Shown piece by piece: positions 37,400 through 50,695 of a DNA stretch of 64,000 nt. A program made the position numbers and the translations under genes. This DNA is from Selaginella moellendorffii (Eukaryota; Plantae; Lycopodiophyta): NCBI RefSeq assembly GCF_000143415.4, contig NW_003314268.1, positions 3,418,559 through 3,482,558 of the forward strand, read 5' to 3'. Each line of letters starts with the position of its first letter. The stretch's first letter is position 1. The notes beneath the pieces were generated by a model that was not told the origin of the DNA, did not search any database, and saw only the letters and a list, made by a program, of their open reading frames with translations.

Positions 37400-37560
37400 T
37401 ATGTCAATATAACTTTAGGTTTCTCAAGGCTTGAAGTGCTTGCGCTCACTCAATAAAGCTAAGTATCATCTTAATACTATTGGCTCTTCTCAACCTCTTG
37501 CTCAAGATCATGGATTTTGGGATAGCCAAAACATTTGAACAACTCTAACCACACTTGAAA
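37400..37560 (+). pseudogene. Decayed receptor-kinase fragment
   Basis: KIMDFGIAKTF (kinase subdomain VII) at ~37504. Confidence 0.45.
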
Positions 37561-39942
37561 ATGAGGCACAGAATTCTATAAGGATTTATAAGTGATATTG
37601 TAATGGTGGTGATAAATTTTGTGACATGTATAACTTTGTCATGACTTTCAAAAACTTAAGTGCTATTTTGTGAGAGTGGAGGTGTCAATGCATGGAGCTG
37701 GATGAAATTGGTAGTGAGGCCTTTGCTGCTAAGATATGTAAGAAAAGTTTATAATTTAAAAAAAAAGATTAATCTAAATACATTCTACTTTAGATAATAA
37801 AATATGCTAGAATTTACCTAAAGGTGTTTAAGAATGTTTATAAATTATAAACACTAGATGTAGCTATATTACCAGCAAACCAAAAAGAATTTTTTTTGCT
37901 TTACAAATTAATCTTTTTTAAAAGATTAGTTATATCAATTAAATTAAGGTTGAAACCCTTAACATGGATATGGATCATCTTAACCTTTTAATTCCACTAG
38001 AGGCTTCTAACTGTAAGCTTACCATTCACTAAATCTTTTAGCAAGAATCTCTATCAATCAAAAGTTAAAGATTTTGGAATTTCTTTTAGCAAAGAATCCT
38101 ATTGCTAGAAGTATATTCAAGCCATAAGACACTCAGCCATCCTATAAAGAATGTGGAACATTCCAAAAGTTGGTTAATGTGTTTTTGTGGTGAGCATGTA
38201 TTTGGACAGTAGGATGTATAATTAGAATCATAATTTGTTGCAACTGGTTTTTACACACTCTTGATGAATGTCTTTTTATTGAGTATAGTTTTTTTTTTTT
38301 CTGTGTAGCATTGGAGAAAGCTTGATTTGGCATTCATTTAGAATTTGAATTTAAAAGCACAACAATTAATAGAAATTCTTTAGAAGATTAACATGTCTTA
38401 AGGGAAATGATTATTCCAATCTTAAGTGGGATATACTTGAATATTCTAGGTATATTCTTTACCTATAGGTTTTCTTAACAGATAAACAACAAATGTATCT
38501 CTTTTCTTGTTTGATTTTACTCCAAACTTTTCTTACCATGATTGCAAGCATATCTTATTTCCTCGTTATTTCTTTCTTAGTGGGAGATTGCATTCACTCG
38601 CTTCCAGAATCATTTCAACCCGGACTCAGTTCCTTGTCTCATATGTGGAGCTTCATAGAGCACCAACATGAGCGTGTGCAACTGACTGAATATGTTCATT
38701 GCCACTTTGTTTTTCAGTGTTTGCTAAGTTTTTCTTTATAGATTGATGCTCCCTTTCTCTCCAAGAATTTTTTTCTTCTCTCAGCTGCTAGCTTGTCCAC
38801 TCGACAACTTCTGGCTCGTCTCAGCGAACCAATACAAATACAATTAGTTTATACAAGAGCTTTCAACAATTAAGAACTGACGTAGAGCAAGTCAAAAGGA
38901 TCGAACCGACGACGCCACCACGCTCCATGACCCATGACTCATTTAAGTTGGTTCTTTGCTTTGTTTTCTCATGGCCCACATACAGCTCAACTGTCATGTC
39001 TTATCATGGGTCATGCTACATTGCCCAATTTTGCGCCAAATCTCATTTTCACACTTGGTTCAAATTTCACGTCGCCGGTACCGGTAAAGGGTAAACGTAC
39101 GCTTTTTGAAATTTACCTTTAATTTAAACACCCTCGACCGGACATTGGGGTTAATCGTGAAAGAAGAGAGGGAAGAACAGGGTTTTAGCGAGAGTAGTCG
39201 CGGGTGAGTCATCGATCGATCGTAGGCGCTAGCTCCATCCGCGTCGTGGCACGCCTGGCGCCGCGACGGCCGCGTCCGATCTTCGGGTTTAATCCGTGTT
39301 CTTGGCCGGGGAATCCACTGTTCTTAGTGCTGATTGCGTAGTTTTCTTCCGGGAAATCTCGATTCTAGCGGCTGGTGAGGTGCTTTTGCGGCGGCATTGC
39401 CGAAATATTACAGTAGTCGCAGGGGGCCAAAAGTTTTTCTCCTCGTCCTTTCTGGCAGAGGCATCTTTTCTTTGACGAGAGGAGATTTTAAATGCTTCTA
39501 CTGCGGTGTTTTCTCGATCTCCTCGGTCAGTGACACAAATCCAGGTGAGAAATTTTCTCCCCATATTTAAATTCTTTACTGGTAGAGCATAAAAGATTGC
39601 TCCCTTGCGTTGCTTGTGTTGGGCGCAGGCGATCGGACCATATGTTTCTGCCCCATCCCTTTTTCCTTTCCTTTAATTCGTCGGTGCCGAAGCTACATTG
39701 TGATTGATTGAAGGGCGACACACCGTTATTGGGTGGATGAATTCTTCTCATCACTAGGCGTACTGCTTCCACAAGGTACATTTTTCTTTTTCGTTTTTCC
39801 CAGTACGATTCCTCACCGTCAGAATCTGATTGCGTGGATATCTCTGCTGTGCCAGTTGCAGCTAGGAAAGCAAAGCTAGGAAATTGCCTCACGGTCCATT
39901 GTCCATATGTGAGAAGGGGCGCCCGAACGACGCGTTTCCTCA

Positions 39943-42900
39943 ATGGACTCGTCGAGAATGGAGCAGTATGAGATCATTGGGCAAGTTGGGAAGGGCGCGT
40001 TTGGCTCAGCCATTCTCGTCAATCACAAACTTGAGAAGAAGAAGTAAGGCGCATTGTGTTTTGATGTTCCTTGTTCCTTCTCATGTTTTTTTTTTCCTTT
40101 TTTCTTTTTATCGTTTCCGCTTGTCATAGGTATGTCTTGAAGAAAATAAGACTTGCTCGCCAGAGTGATAGATGCAGGCGTTCTGCTCACCAAGAGGTAC
40201 TTCGAGCAATTTGAGGAGAAAATTTCGCATAACGTGTTTTTGGTTTCTAGATGGCTCTTGTTTCTCGGGTGAAGCACCCTCACATTGTCGAATACAAGGA
40301 AGCGTGGGTGGAGAAGGTTTGGTATTCTTGTTTTATGCGTAGTTTTGTTCTTATACAAGTCTGCAGGGATGCTATGTATGCATCGTCACAGGATACTGTG
40401 AGGGAGGGGACATGTACGCATTTGTTTTGTTCATAACAAACACTTCGAGTTCTTATGATTCGCCTCTTGTATGTTTCGCAGGGCGGACATCATCCGTAAA
40501 GCGAACGGAACTTACTTCCCAGAGGAGGTCAGCGGATTGTTTTCATTGTTTCTGGTTTTAATGTTTCTGCTGTTTGTCACAGAGGCTTTGCAGATGGTTC
40601 GTCCAACTCCTCTTGGGCGTTGAGTACCTACATGCAAACCACATTCTCCATCGGGATGTTAAGGTAGACGTGTTTGTCAGTGCTCCCGTGATATGCTCAA
40701 CAGCTGTTCTCCATTTCAGTGCTCCAACATATTTTTAACGAAGGATCATGACATTCGATTAGGTACGCCAAGTGATTGGAGCATTCGTTGTGTTTCTCAC
40801 TAAAATGTGGAAAACTTGGTAGGTGACTTTGGACTCGCCAAAATGCTCAAGTCGGATGACCTTGCGTGCTCGGTAAATACCATCCTGTGGTCGTATTTCT
40901 TCTGCTTAAAGCTGTTATACAGGTCGTAGGGACACCGAACTACATGTGTCCTGAGCTTTTAGCTGATATCCCATATGGTTTCAAGTCAGATATCTGGTCT
41001 CTAGGTAAAAGTAAATAATGGTTCTGAGTTGGTTCTAATTTTAAGCGTTACGTGTGCAGGATGTTGCATGTATGAGATGAGCGCACATAGGCCAGCATTT
41101 AAAGCTTTCGTGAGTTTTCTTACTTCCTGCTCTGCAGAAACCGTTTTTCATGTTTTGTCTGACCAGGACATCCAAGGACTGATCAATAAAATCAACAAGT
41201 CTTCGATCGGCCCACTGCCAACGTGCTACTCTAGCTCATTGTGAGTGCAGCATTGAGTGTCTTCTCCTGTTCTGCTCGTTTGCTAACTTTTTGCTTCGAC
41301 TGCACTGTGTTCTCTAGTAAATCCTTGATACGGAGTATGCTTCGAAAAAATCCGGAGCATCGTCCGACGGTAATCTGTTCGACTTGTACCTTTGTCGCTA
41401 ACCTGACCTGGTTGAAACATTTTGTAGGCCGCAGAACTACTGAGACACCCTCATTTGCAACCGTATCTACTCCAGCGTAGAAGGCAAGTTGGTGGAGCTC
41501 TTCTCATGGCGCACAGCCTGGACCTTAGTGGCGATAGCAGCTATTCAATGAACGCCACGGACTCTAGTGGCGACGTCGACAATAAACGATTTGAGCACGA
41601 CGACGTGCAATCAGCTGCTCCCACTAGCAGAACTGCAAGTCACATTTGGAATGTCGATACGAGTGAGAAGGAGAATTCCGAGACGTCATCAGAGTCTCTA
41701 TCAAAGACACTGGGAAGAAACGCAGGTCTAACGAATTTTGAGTGGCTGAAGCATCGACTCGCTAAAAGGCACTTCGAAGAAAACTTGACGGACGGGAGTG
41801 AAACGCAAGTGGATTCTGGTGCTGAACAAGACAAGTATCCAATCAAAAGCTCGCCGGTTCGAACTAGCCGTGTAAAGTCGGTAGTCCCAAGTCCTCGGAC
41901 GCCGTTAGCAAGGGAAGCTCCTCCACGAAAGAAGTATTCTGTAAGTGTTCGTGCTTACAATTCTGAATGGTTCTAAACTTTTCAAGCGTCTGCAGGGTGG
42001 GGAGCCTCCTTCAAGATATAAAATCAAAGCAGAGCTGGTGTCTCCGCTTGTGGTGGAACGATCAACTGGAGCTAAGTCTAAGCCGACCGTCCCCACAACA
42101 CCACTTTCAACTGCACGAAGGTCCTCGATGCCCGCAGCTGGTGGTGGCAAGTATACTTCCCGGAATGCCGTGCCGGCGGTACACGAGACACCAAAGCCTT
42201 ACACACCAACAACTAACCCGGCTGGACGAGTTTCTCGGCCAGAGGATCCAGCCTTCGTTCGCACCACGGTGAAGTCATCTCTACAGTCGCGGATACATCC
42301 GAGCCCAGTCAAGTCTCTCGGACGGGACCAGGAGTTTAAAGACGACGTGCTATCGCTGCTGCGGCCTCTGGTCCGGCCGTCCAACAAGAAGTCGGCGCAC
42401 CTGGCCGGATTGAAGGACCTCCGATCACCAGACGTCTCAGTGAACGCTCCCAGGCTGGACAAGATCCCGCAGTTCAACTTGACGCCTGACGAGTCGCTGT
42501 GCGAGGCCCACGACTTTGCAAAGTACGCGGACAGGTACTTCTCCAAGAGCAGGCTGCCAGAGCCGCGCAGCAGCCACGCAAAGTCTGGCGACTTCCACAC
42601 AAGTGGCGATCGCTATCACGGGAGCGGTGGTGGATCCAAGGACAAGATAGCCATCCAGATAAGCAACGAGAAAGTCCAGATGCCAGGCAGCTCGGGCCCG
42701 GTCTTCAACGACGTGGTTCATGTCATCCGGCACAGCACGTTTAGGCTCGGCGGTGGCGGCGACAAGGCCGAGCCGCAGCAACACCACCCGACGCACAGCG
42801 ACCTTCCGCGGGACATGGACATCGCGTCGCTGCTCGATCTCAAGCCCGACGTGGAGGTGCTTCCAATCTCCCAGCAGCAGCAGCAAAGCCAGCAACAATG

Positions 42901-43240
42901 TCAACACCAAGGTGGCGGTTGTGGTGGTGGTCCTTCGAGTTTGAGTGCTACTGCGACAGCAACAGAGGTAGCGTCCGGGAGCGAGCAGCAGGACAGGGGT
43001 GCGATGGATGGGACGGACTTGAAGTCTTACAGACAAAGGGCGGATGCTCTGGAAGGCTTGCTGGAGCTTTCGGCCCAGCTGCTAGCGCAGCACAGGCTGG
43101 AGGAGCTGGCCATCGTCCTCAAGCCTTTTGGTGGCGGTGCGGTGTCGCCCAGGGAGACGGCGATCTGGCTCACCAAGAGCCTCAAGGGGATGCTGGCCGA
43201 GCACCACCAGGAGCAGCACAAGGTCACGGCAGCAGCGTAG
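39943..43240 (+). CDS. NEK: NIMA-related kinase (NEK5/NEK6-like), multi-exon
   Basis: [61 protein letters not shown]; plant NEK C-terminal [14 protein letters not shown]...[10 protein letters not shown]. Confidence 0.95.
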
Positions 43241-44399
43241 CCACAGAACTCTTGTTTGGAACACTCCCAACTCCAAAGTATATGACCACGCGGCCCAGGG
43301 ATCAGGTGAGCCAATTTTTTTTTCTTACGCACGGGATTGCCGGTCTCTGTGGCGATCACATAATAAAAGAAATGCATCCTTGTGTTTTGTGTATTGGCAA
43401 GAAGAAAATCGCATTTGCCTTTACTGGATGAGTGTTTATAGCTTTGTATTTGTAGTAAATCAAAATAACAATGCTAATCTAAATTAGATACATAGTTTAT
43501 AACGATCATGTTTGGTTTACTTAATATCAAATGGAAGTTTATAATTACAATAGTGTTTAAATTAGAATACACTAAAAAGTGTTTAGGAAAGTTTATAAAT
43601 TATAAACACAAAATTAATTTAAATAACTGTTAAATGGTAAAATATCCCAGAATATTTAACATATTTTTTCATATTAAAATCTGGAAAGCCGAATTGATTT
43701 ACACAAAAATTCTGGAGTTTTAAAACAAATGTTTGGAAATTATAATCAAGAAAAACAAAAAGGCCATATTCTAATATATACTGAAAATCCAATCTTCGCT
43801 GCATATCTCCAAATATATATAATACGAACCGACCCACTACCCCGAGTACACCCCGCTCGAGACAAGCTCGTGCCTGGTGTACGCATCTCTTGCCCCAGTT
43901 ACTAACTCCCACATTCTCAGGGATGTTTGTCCAATTGCACCGTATCAATGACCCTTTCTCTTGTACCTCATAATCTATCTCCTCGTATCTCAACTTCCAG
44001 CGCGACCACAAGATCATCGCCATAACTCTGTGATTCATCGCAAATCATGTCTTCTCCCTCCCCAAAGTATGTCCTGCTCGAGAGAACTCGTGCCCGATGC
44101 GTCACACACCACATCCTTGGCATGGACTCGTTCCACGCCTCCAATCATGCGCGCAGTACATAAGCGATGGCGCTCTTTATTGCCGAAACAAACTTGTGCT
44201 CTCTCCATATCTCTTCTCGGCCTCGCGTCCTTTTCCGCGATTCCTCTAGCACCAGGCGAAAAAACGCCACCTCCTACGAGTGTAGTTCTCAGTTGAGTAA
44301 CGAGTTTGCTTTGCTTGCTTGCTTTCCAGGAACAAGCACACGCGTAGCTCCTTTCTTTGAAAGCTCGCATTCCTGAAAGAAAAAGAAAATCAAGGAAGC

Positions 44400-46208
44400 A
44401 TGGAAGTTAGCAAGTTCCAGACCGAGGCCAAGAACGCGGTACTAGCACGCTTGCTCGCCTGCCTCGTCAATGAGAAGTTCGTGAAAGCGTACCTGGTGCT
44501 CCACGCCGAATCTCTCCCAGCCAGGCTCGCGGCTCCCGTCCCTCCCAAGCACCGCAAGCACTGGATGTGCATCTCCGCCGCCTCCGAAGCGTTCGAGCTA
44601 CTCAAGCACGGTAGCTTTCTCGTGCCACTTCGAGAGCTTCCCCCGGTCCAAAAGCCTCCACAGCTCGGCGGCGAGCCCGCGGAGATTCTTCCAGTAACTT
44701 TGCTCGACCCGGACGAGATTGGCTTCCCCGTCCAGCAGCTGCAAGTCGATCGACCTGTCGAGTACGTGCCCGCAGACGTCCGGACCGTCACCACGCAGCT
44801 CCAAGAATGGAACCCGGCCTTGAGCGCTGCGCTGGTGGAGCAGATCACTCAAGAGATGGAGAACTCGGTGTCACACCAGGCGGCCGCTTACAGCCACCAC
44901 CAGGGACGAGCTCCGCCAGAACTCGAGCACACCACCGATTCGACGCAGTGGGAGCAGCTCATTGTTGAAGGCCACGCAACCCATCCCATGCACAAGTCGA
45001 GGTTTCACGTCCCTCCAACTTTGCCCATCGATCCCTGGAACAACGACCTATCGGCCCCCAAGATCCATTTCTTCGCGGTTCCACGATCCAAGCTCACTGT
45101 CCGTGGCGACTTTGAGAAGCTTGTAGCGCCTCTCGTCCAGATCTCCTCCACCAGGGCCAACGTTTTCATGGATTCCTGCGACGAGCTCGTCATGCCTGTC
45201 CACCACGTCCAAGTCCCGAGCGTGCTGCTCCACTTTCCTCACGCTCGCCACCTTCCTTTCACTTGCAAAGCCCGAGCTCAAGCCTCAGTGAGAACAGTGG
45301 TCGTGGACGAGCTCCCCGCCTTCAATCTCAAGCTCCCAATCGGTGTGAAGATCAGCTCGGCCACCCGGACTATCACACCGTGGACGACTCACATCGGCCC
45401 AGCTTTCAAGCCCGTTGCTGACAAGATCATCGAGGACAACGACCTGCTCGAGGTTGCTCACGAGCTCGCCAGCGTTGTTTCCAATCACCCGGATCCCGAC
45501 GTCGCCAAAAACCTGAGCTGCGTGATCCGGCAGGACCCCCAGCACCTGGCCACCACCCGAGCCCGAGGCGAGAGAGTCGTGCTATCTGCCGCTCTCACTG
45601 AGCGATATCCCTCGAGGAGCGATGACTTCGTCGTCAACACCCTGTTCCACCTCGACTCCCTCGAGAAGAAGGAGCTCTTCTTCCAGAACTACGCCCGGCT
45701 CTTCCTCCGGGCATTCCTTCCACCGCTGCTGAAACACGGAGTGAGTTTCGAGGCCCATCTCCAAAACGTTCTGGCACGGTTCCGTCCCGCAGCTGTCGCT
45801 GGAGAGTGGGAGCTCGTGGGTTTCACGGTCCGCGACTTGGGCGGTATCAAAGCCCACCAACAAACTCTGTTCGAGACCACTGGCCTCGAGCTCGACGTGT
45901 GGGATGCGGAGAACTGCTCTCAGCTTGCTGAGACAATCGACGAAGTTCACAACCTGGCCTTTCACACGATCATCCAGTGCCATCTCCATCGTCTCGCACG
46001 GGCGCTGAGCGTCCACTACAACGCCAAAGGTTGGGAGTTTGTGAGAGCCGAGGTGGATGCCATGCTACCGCCCGGATGCCATGCCCGAAGCCTGTGGCTT
46101 GGTGCTACTGTCAACTGGAAGGCGTTTATCACCATGAAGCTCCAAGGCTTGTACCGCGACTACCTTTACATTAAGGTTCCCAATCTCATCACTTACCGGC
46201 CATCTTGA
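44400..46208 (+). CDS. NRPS-independent siderophore (NIS) synthetase, IucA/IucC family; intronless, 602 aa
   Basis: WEQLIVEGHATHPMHKSR, MPVH, AQASVRTV, LKLPIGVKISSATRTI, FEAHLQNVL, RDLGG; AATAAA at ~46260. Confidence 0.9.
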   Translation: MEVSKFQTEAKNAVLARLLACLVNEKFVKAYLVLHAESLPARLAAPVPPKHRKHWMCISAASEAFELLKHGSFLVPLRELPPVQKPPQLGGEPAEILPVTLLDPDEIGFPVQQLQVDRPVEYVPADVRTVTTQLQEWNPALSAALVEQITQEMENSVSHQAAAYSHHQGRAPPELEHTTDSTQWEQLIVEGHATHPMHKSRFHVPPTLPIDPWNNDLSAPKIHFFAVPRSKLTVRGDFEKLVAPLVQISSTRANVFMDSCDELVMPVHHVQVPSVLLHFPHARHLPFTCKARAQASVRTVVVDELPAFNLKLPIGVKISSATRTITPWTTHIGPAFKPVADKIIEDNDLLEVAHELASVVSNHPDPDVAKNLSCVIRQDPQHLATTRARGERVVLSAALTERYPSRSDDFVVNTLFHLDSLEKKELFFQNYARLFLRAFLPPLLKHGVSFEAHLQNVLARFRPAAVAGEWELVGFTVRDLGGIKAHQQTLFETTGLELDVWDAENCSQLAETIDEVHNLAFHTIIQCHLHRLARALSVHYNAKGWEFVRAEVDAMLPPGCHARSLWLGATVNWKAFITMKLQGLYRDYLYIKVPNLITYRPS

Positions 46209-46604
46209 GTTACCGTCTGTGGATTTGTTATTACCACCTGTGTGTGGAGAACGTGAATCAATAAAACGATTGTAACGATTTTAGAACTGCAAAATTTACC
46301 TCTGCCTGAACGATGCTTTGGTTAAGAGTTACACGTCAACATGGACAACGGACTTTTCCAGAGCTGGACTATTCCATGGCCTGGCAACAGCAAGGTATAT
46401 TAGAGAAGAAGAAAACACTGTTTCTAGAGCTGTAGAAATCACTGCGAAGCATTCCTCGCGGAAACAAAACTTTGGAGCTTCGTTTAAACCGGCCTGATTG
46501 TCATAGCGAAGCCGGAAGAAAGATCAGCATTTCCATGCTCTAAACTTCATTGGAAAACGACGTATTCTTCAACAGCGCCAGGGTAATAATGGGATATCAC
46601 ATTA

Positions 46605-46850
46605 TTAATCGTAATGTATCGGGGCTTTGCCCGCGCTGCCACTCAGATCCTTCACGATAGCTGCGCTTGGCGTGGACACACCTCCAAGACCACCATTGCC
46701 ACTCGCCAAATCTTTCCCAGTCACCGCGGTTGCGGTGGAGACGCAAGTTCTGAAACCACCACCGCGAGTTGCAAGAAGGACCCCACCCCGTCGGCATGCA
46801 TTGCCATAGCGACACTTTCCTCGAGCAAAAAACCTGGAAGAAACGAAAGT
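46605..46850 (-). pseudogene. CCCH zinc-finger fragment
   Basis: RFFARGKCRYGNACR; no complete finger or gene. Confidence 0.4.
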
Positions 46851-47019
46851 CATGAGCTTTGCTGCACAGTGGAAGCTCCGGAAGCAAGTGGCTCCCGACG
46901 CCGCGAAGATGACCACCTCCCTCAGGTCCGACACCTCGATGCTCTTGATGGCACTCTAGGAGAGATCATCTTCTCCCCATCCTCGGCACATCCTCGGCAC
47001 ACCACCTCGATGCTTGGCT

Positions 47020-48057
47020 TTGTGGTGGTGGTGCCGAGGATGTGCTTTCCTGGAACACAATGATCACAGCTTTCTGCCAAGACGGCCAAATCAGCATAGC
47101 AAATTGTTATTTGCCGCATGTCTCTGGAAATTTGATGGTCCAAGAGTTTGCCAAAGTCGGGCAAAATCGATCGCACGAAAGAGTCGTGGCCCGGGCTCAT
47201 TCTTTGCTATGGCGCTGGCGGCCAGACCGAGCAAGCGCTGGCTTTTACAGCGAGCGTGGATCGCTGGACAGCGCTGCACCAATCGTATGCCCGGATCAAA
47301 GGCGGTGTTTGCCGAAGCACAACCATGTTGCCGCAAACTCGATGCTCCAGGGAATTCGCGAGATGGTCTTTTGACTCCATGCCCGACGCTGCCGCGATGC
47401 TCCACAGCGCTGCGATCGCGATGGGGTGAAGAGATGCTTCGACGCCATGCCCACGCACGATCTTGTCTCGTGGGCCGCGCTTCTGCATCTGGACAAGTAA
47501 CGAGTTCGATCGAGCCAGGGACGAACTCGCCAGGATGCCCAATCGGAGCGGCCTCCTCGCGGCGGCCGCGGAGAACGCCATGGCCGAATCGCTCTTCCGG
47601 GAGATCCCGGACAAGGAGGATCCACTCGCGTGCGCCATGATCCCAGAACGGGCGGATCGACCGCGCCTGGGAGGCGTACAACGGCGTTCGCCGACCGGTC
47701 AAGGACGGTCGTGGCGTCGACCGCGGATCGGGCATCCCGCGCTGGAGCATGGAGCTGTCGGGCGTGATCCCCGACCGCGTCGTGATGATCAGTCACGCCG
47801 GGGAGCTGGGTCTATGGGATCAAGAGTTCGTGCGATCACTGGTGCTGCGCGGTGGATCTCCTGGGGCGATCGATCTAGCGGAGCCATTCGTGCCCGGCGG
47901 CGGAGTGTGGGGAGCTTGTGCTCGATCTGGAGCCAGGGAACTCAGGACCAATTCTCGCACTTGCGAGCATCTGGATTGGAATGTAGGCGAACAGGAACTG
48001 GGGAGGAGCTTATACGAGAGAGCTTTCCAAATACAAACTCATGAGCACAAGGTATGA
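47020..48057 (+). pseudogene. Degraded PPR gene
   Basis: Frameshifted motifs SWNTMITAFCQDGQ, FDSMP, FDAMPTHDLVSWA, MELSGVIPDRV...SHAG, VWG...GAC. Confidence 0.75.
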
Positions 48058-48969
48058 ACACTCATTTTCTCATCAGAAAGGAGATACAACCTCTGGAAAT
48101 TCAAATCTTGACTAGCCATGCAAACGTGTGCTTTTACTAGCACAAGGCTCATGTGAGTGATTTGTGTCATGAACGTCATGCAAGCAACAACTAATTAACT
48201 AGTGTTTTTATGCTGAGGTTAGCTCTTACGTTTGTTGTGCTTTTGAGCTGGCGATCTCATAGAAGCCTTTTGGCACCAACTCAACGTTTTGGAAGTCTTG
48301 GCGCTCCTTGCACAAGAAACCTAAAATAGTATTTAAAAGGATCTAAGGATCTGCATTTCTTCAAATTGATTTAAACTTTGTTTCAATGTACTGGATCTTT
48401 AGTCCTGAATATTGACAACGTAAATTCATGCTCTGCTCAATGAACTGCGACAAACAAGCTCATTCTTTGGCCCCATGAAGGAATTGCCTCGTTGACTAGA
48501 CATCTTGCTCTCCAAATGAAATTGGCACCACAGGCAGGTCACAGCCGGCATGCCCGATCAGATTGGTAGAAGAAGACAAGCGGATGGTGCTGTGTGATGA
48601 CCTCTTTTCCTGCTTATTTTAATTCTATCGTTCTAAGTTGAGGTTTTCGTTCATGCGTCTCAACTGTGCTTCATTATCACGTCAAGAGGAGCTGGTGTTA
48701 GTTGCCGAGGTTGTGGAGCTACTCTCCATCCTCGGAGCGAGGGAATCGTTGGTATTATCTTTTGGTCGACCAAAATTCCGAAGCAATTTTCAACCACTTG
48801 AAGCAATCAATTCAACCTTTCATCCTATTGTCACCACCAGTCTCTGCAATCATAGTTAGTTGTATGGAAACATGTTAGTATAGCTCTGTCCTCCACATGT
48901 ATACATATGCGACTCTCAACTTTACAGTCTCAAGTTGTGTTGTTTCTGGTTCTCATCTGTCCATAAATC

Positions 48970-50695
48970 CTAAAAAGTAAAACCACAAATTTCAAAGGCA
49001 ATAAATTTTCTTAAAATCTTACGCATGGTACCTGTGTGCAAAACTCGCTCCTCCATACGTATTGATTCCCTTGCTTCTACAACTTTGTTAAGCATTTCCT
49101 TACTCCATTTGAGCACCGCATCTCCAATGATGATACGTAAAAGTCCCTCATAGAGACGGTGTGTGTCTGGACTGCCACCACCAAACAACTCATTCCGAGG
49201 AAGTTCATGCCACTTCCTCAGAATGCCAAAGGCGTAAGTTAAATCAATCATTTAAAACTTCAGAAATACTTGCCTCGTCGGAGGTGTAAAGCGTCCCAAC
49301 AAGGTACATATTGTCAGGGTAGAGCGACTGTGGGGCTTGAGAATATTTCCGCTGGAAGAAAGCAGTGCGTTCCTGCAACATTTCCACAAGCTCCTCTTCG
49401 GGAATTGGGTCCTTGAAACCCATCATCTTCTCGGTCTTCCTAAAAGCTGTACAAACACATTGCTAGGAAACAACTTTCTCAGTATAGTAAGTACCTGGAA
49501 GGGAACTGCGATCGAGTGTGCCATTCTTTACAGAAACTTCTCCCCGCAAATGTAGGATGGAACGTTTCCAGCGCTCGGAGAAACAGAGTACGTAAATGGG
49601 ATTCGTCTGGGAGTTGTGCATATTGATGGGAGCTTCTTTGCAAGCATAGCAGGCGCCCTGGAAGCCTGCCTGTTTTTCGTCTGTGAACTTGAACTCTATA
49701 ATCGCAACTAACTTCTTCACAAGCTAGAGTCAAACAAAACATACGTCAGAATGATTATACATGCAATTCAGATGGCTTACTTCTTGCAGCTTGTTCACCA
49801 GCACGTACACTTTGAGGTCCGCAGCGCCCCTCGATTCTTCACCATCTTCTCCTATTACTGGAGCATGCTCAGGATCAAGGTCAAAATCTAGTTCCCCCTT
49901 CAAATCCTGTGAAATTCTTTCCTCAGCCACCTGCAACAACATGTCCAGCTGGTCTGAAAAGCTTGCAATGTCCAACGGATCTGTACGCTTCCTCTTTTTC
50001 CCCGTTAGGCTCTCGTACAGCAATTGATCTCCCTCAAGTTTCTTCAGTGTCTGGCCCGATGGTATTGTGAGCTTCTCCAGTTCTCTGACCAAAGAATGGT
50101 GGAACTCTGTTAGTTGTTTTTCATTGGATGCCTTTCCGTAAAGTCTGGGTAAGAAACCAAAAAAGATCGTTACTGCACTCACGAGAAACATAGCTAAAGA
50201 ACATACTTATAGAATCGAGTAAATTCTGTAGAGCACAAGAAAATAGCCGCTCGTCTGACTTGCGCATCCACCAGCAGCGGCAGCGCAAACTTGTCAAATG
50301 CCGGCATTAGTTCCTCTCCGCTGACAATCTACAAGCATTACAACAAGTATTATGAAGCAGCCAACTTTGTTTACCGCTTGCCCACCTTAATCAAAGGGTG
50401 GTTCGCCTTGAACACACCCTTTGTGTACAAATAAGCAGGAAACTTCAGTGGATTAGTTTTTCCCCATATGTGACTTGAGGATGCAGCTCCCTCGGCCTTT
50501 GCCTTGTCGATCTTTGCTGCTTTTGCTTTCGTGGGAAAGCAGCCAGCACCTTTCACTAGGAAAAAAAGCTCTGATAAGTCAAAGCAAAAGAAAGAGCCAT
50601 TTCACTAATGGAACTCTGCTAAGAAGAGAGAGCGAGCCTTCCACAGACTTACTCTTGTTCTCCCCCTCTTCCTTGCTTTCCTTTCAATGTAACCT
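48970..50695 (-). CDS. Multi-exon gene with a PD-(D/E)xK restriction-endonuclease-like domain; both ends uncertain
   Basis: Splicing joins SRGAADLKVYVLVNKLQE to LVKKLVAIIEFKFTDEKQAGFQGACYAC (D...ExK...QxxxY); KKRKR NLS-like motif; short introns. Confidence 0.6.

Noticed and set aside
43870-44399. Iron-responsive promoter elements upstream of the NIS gene (CATGC core)
   Set aside because: A five-base match is expected by chance.
43300-48000. Bacterial-style siderophore operon or contamination
   Set aside because: No adjacent decarboxylase, monooxygenase, acyltransferase or transporter genes; flanks are plant sequence.
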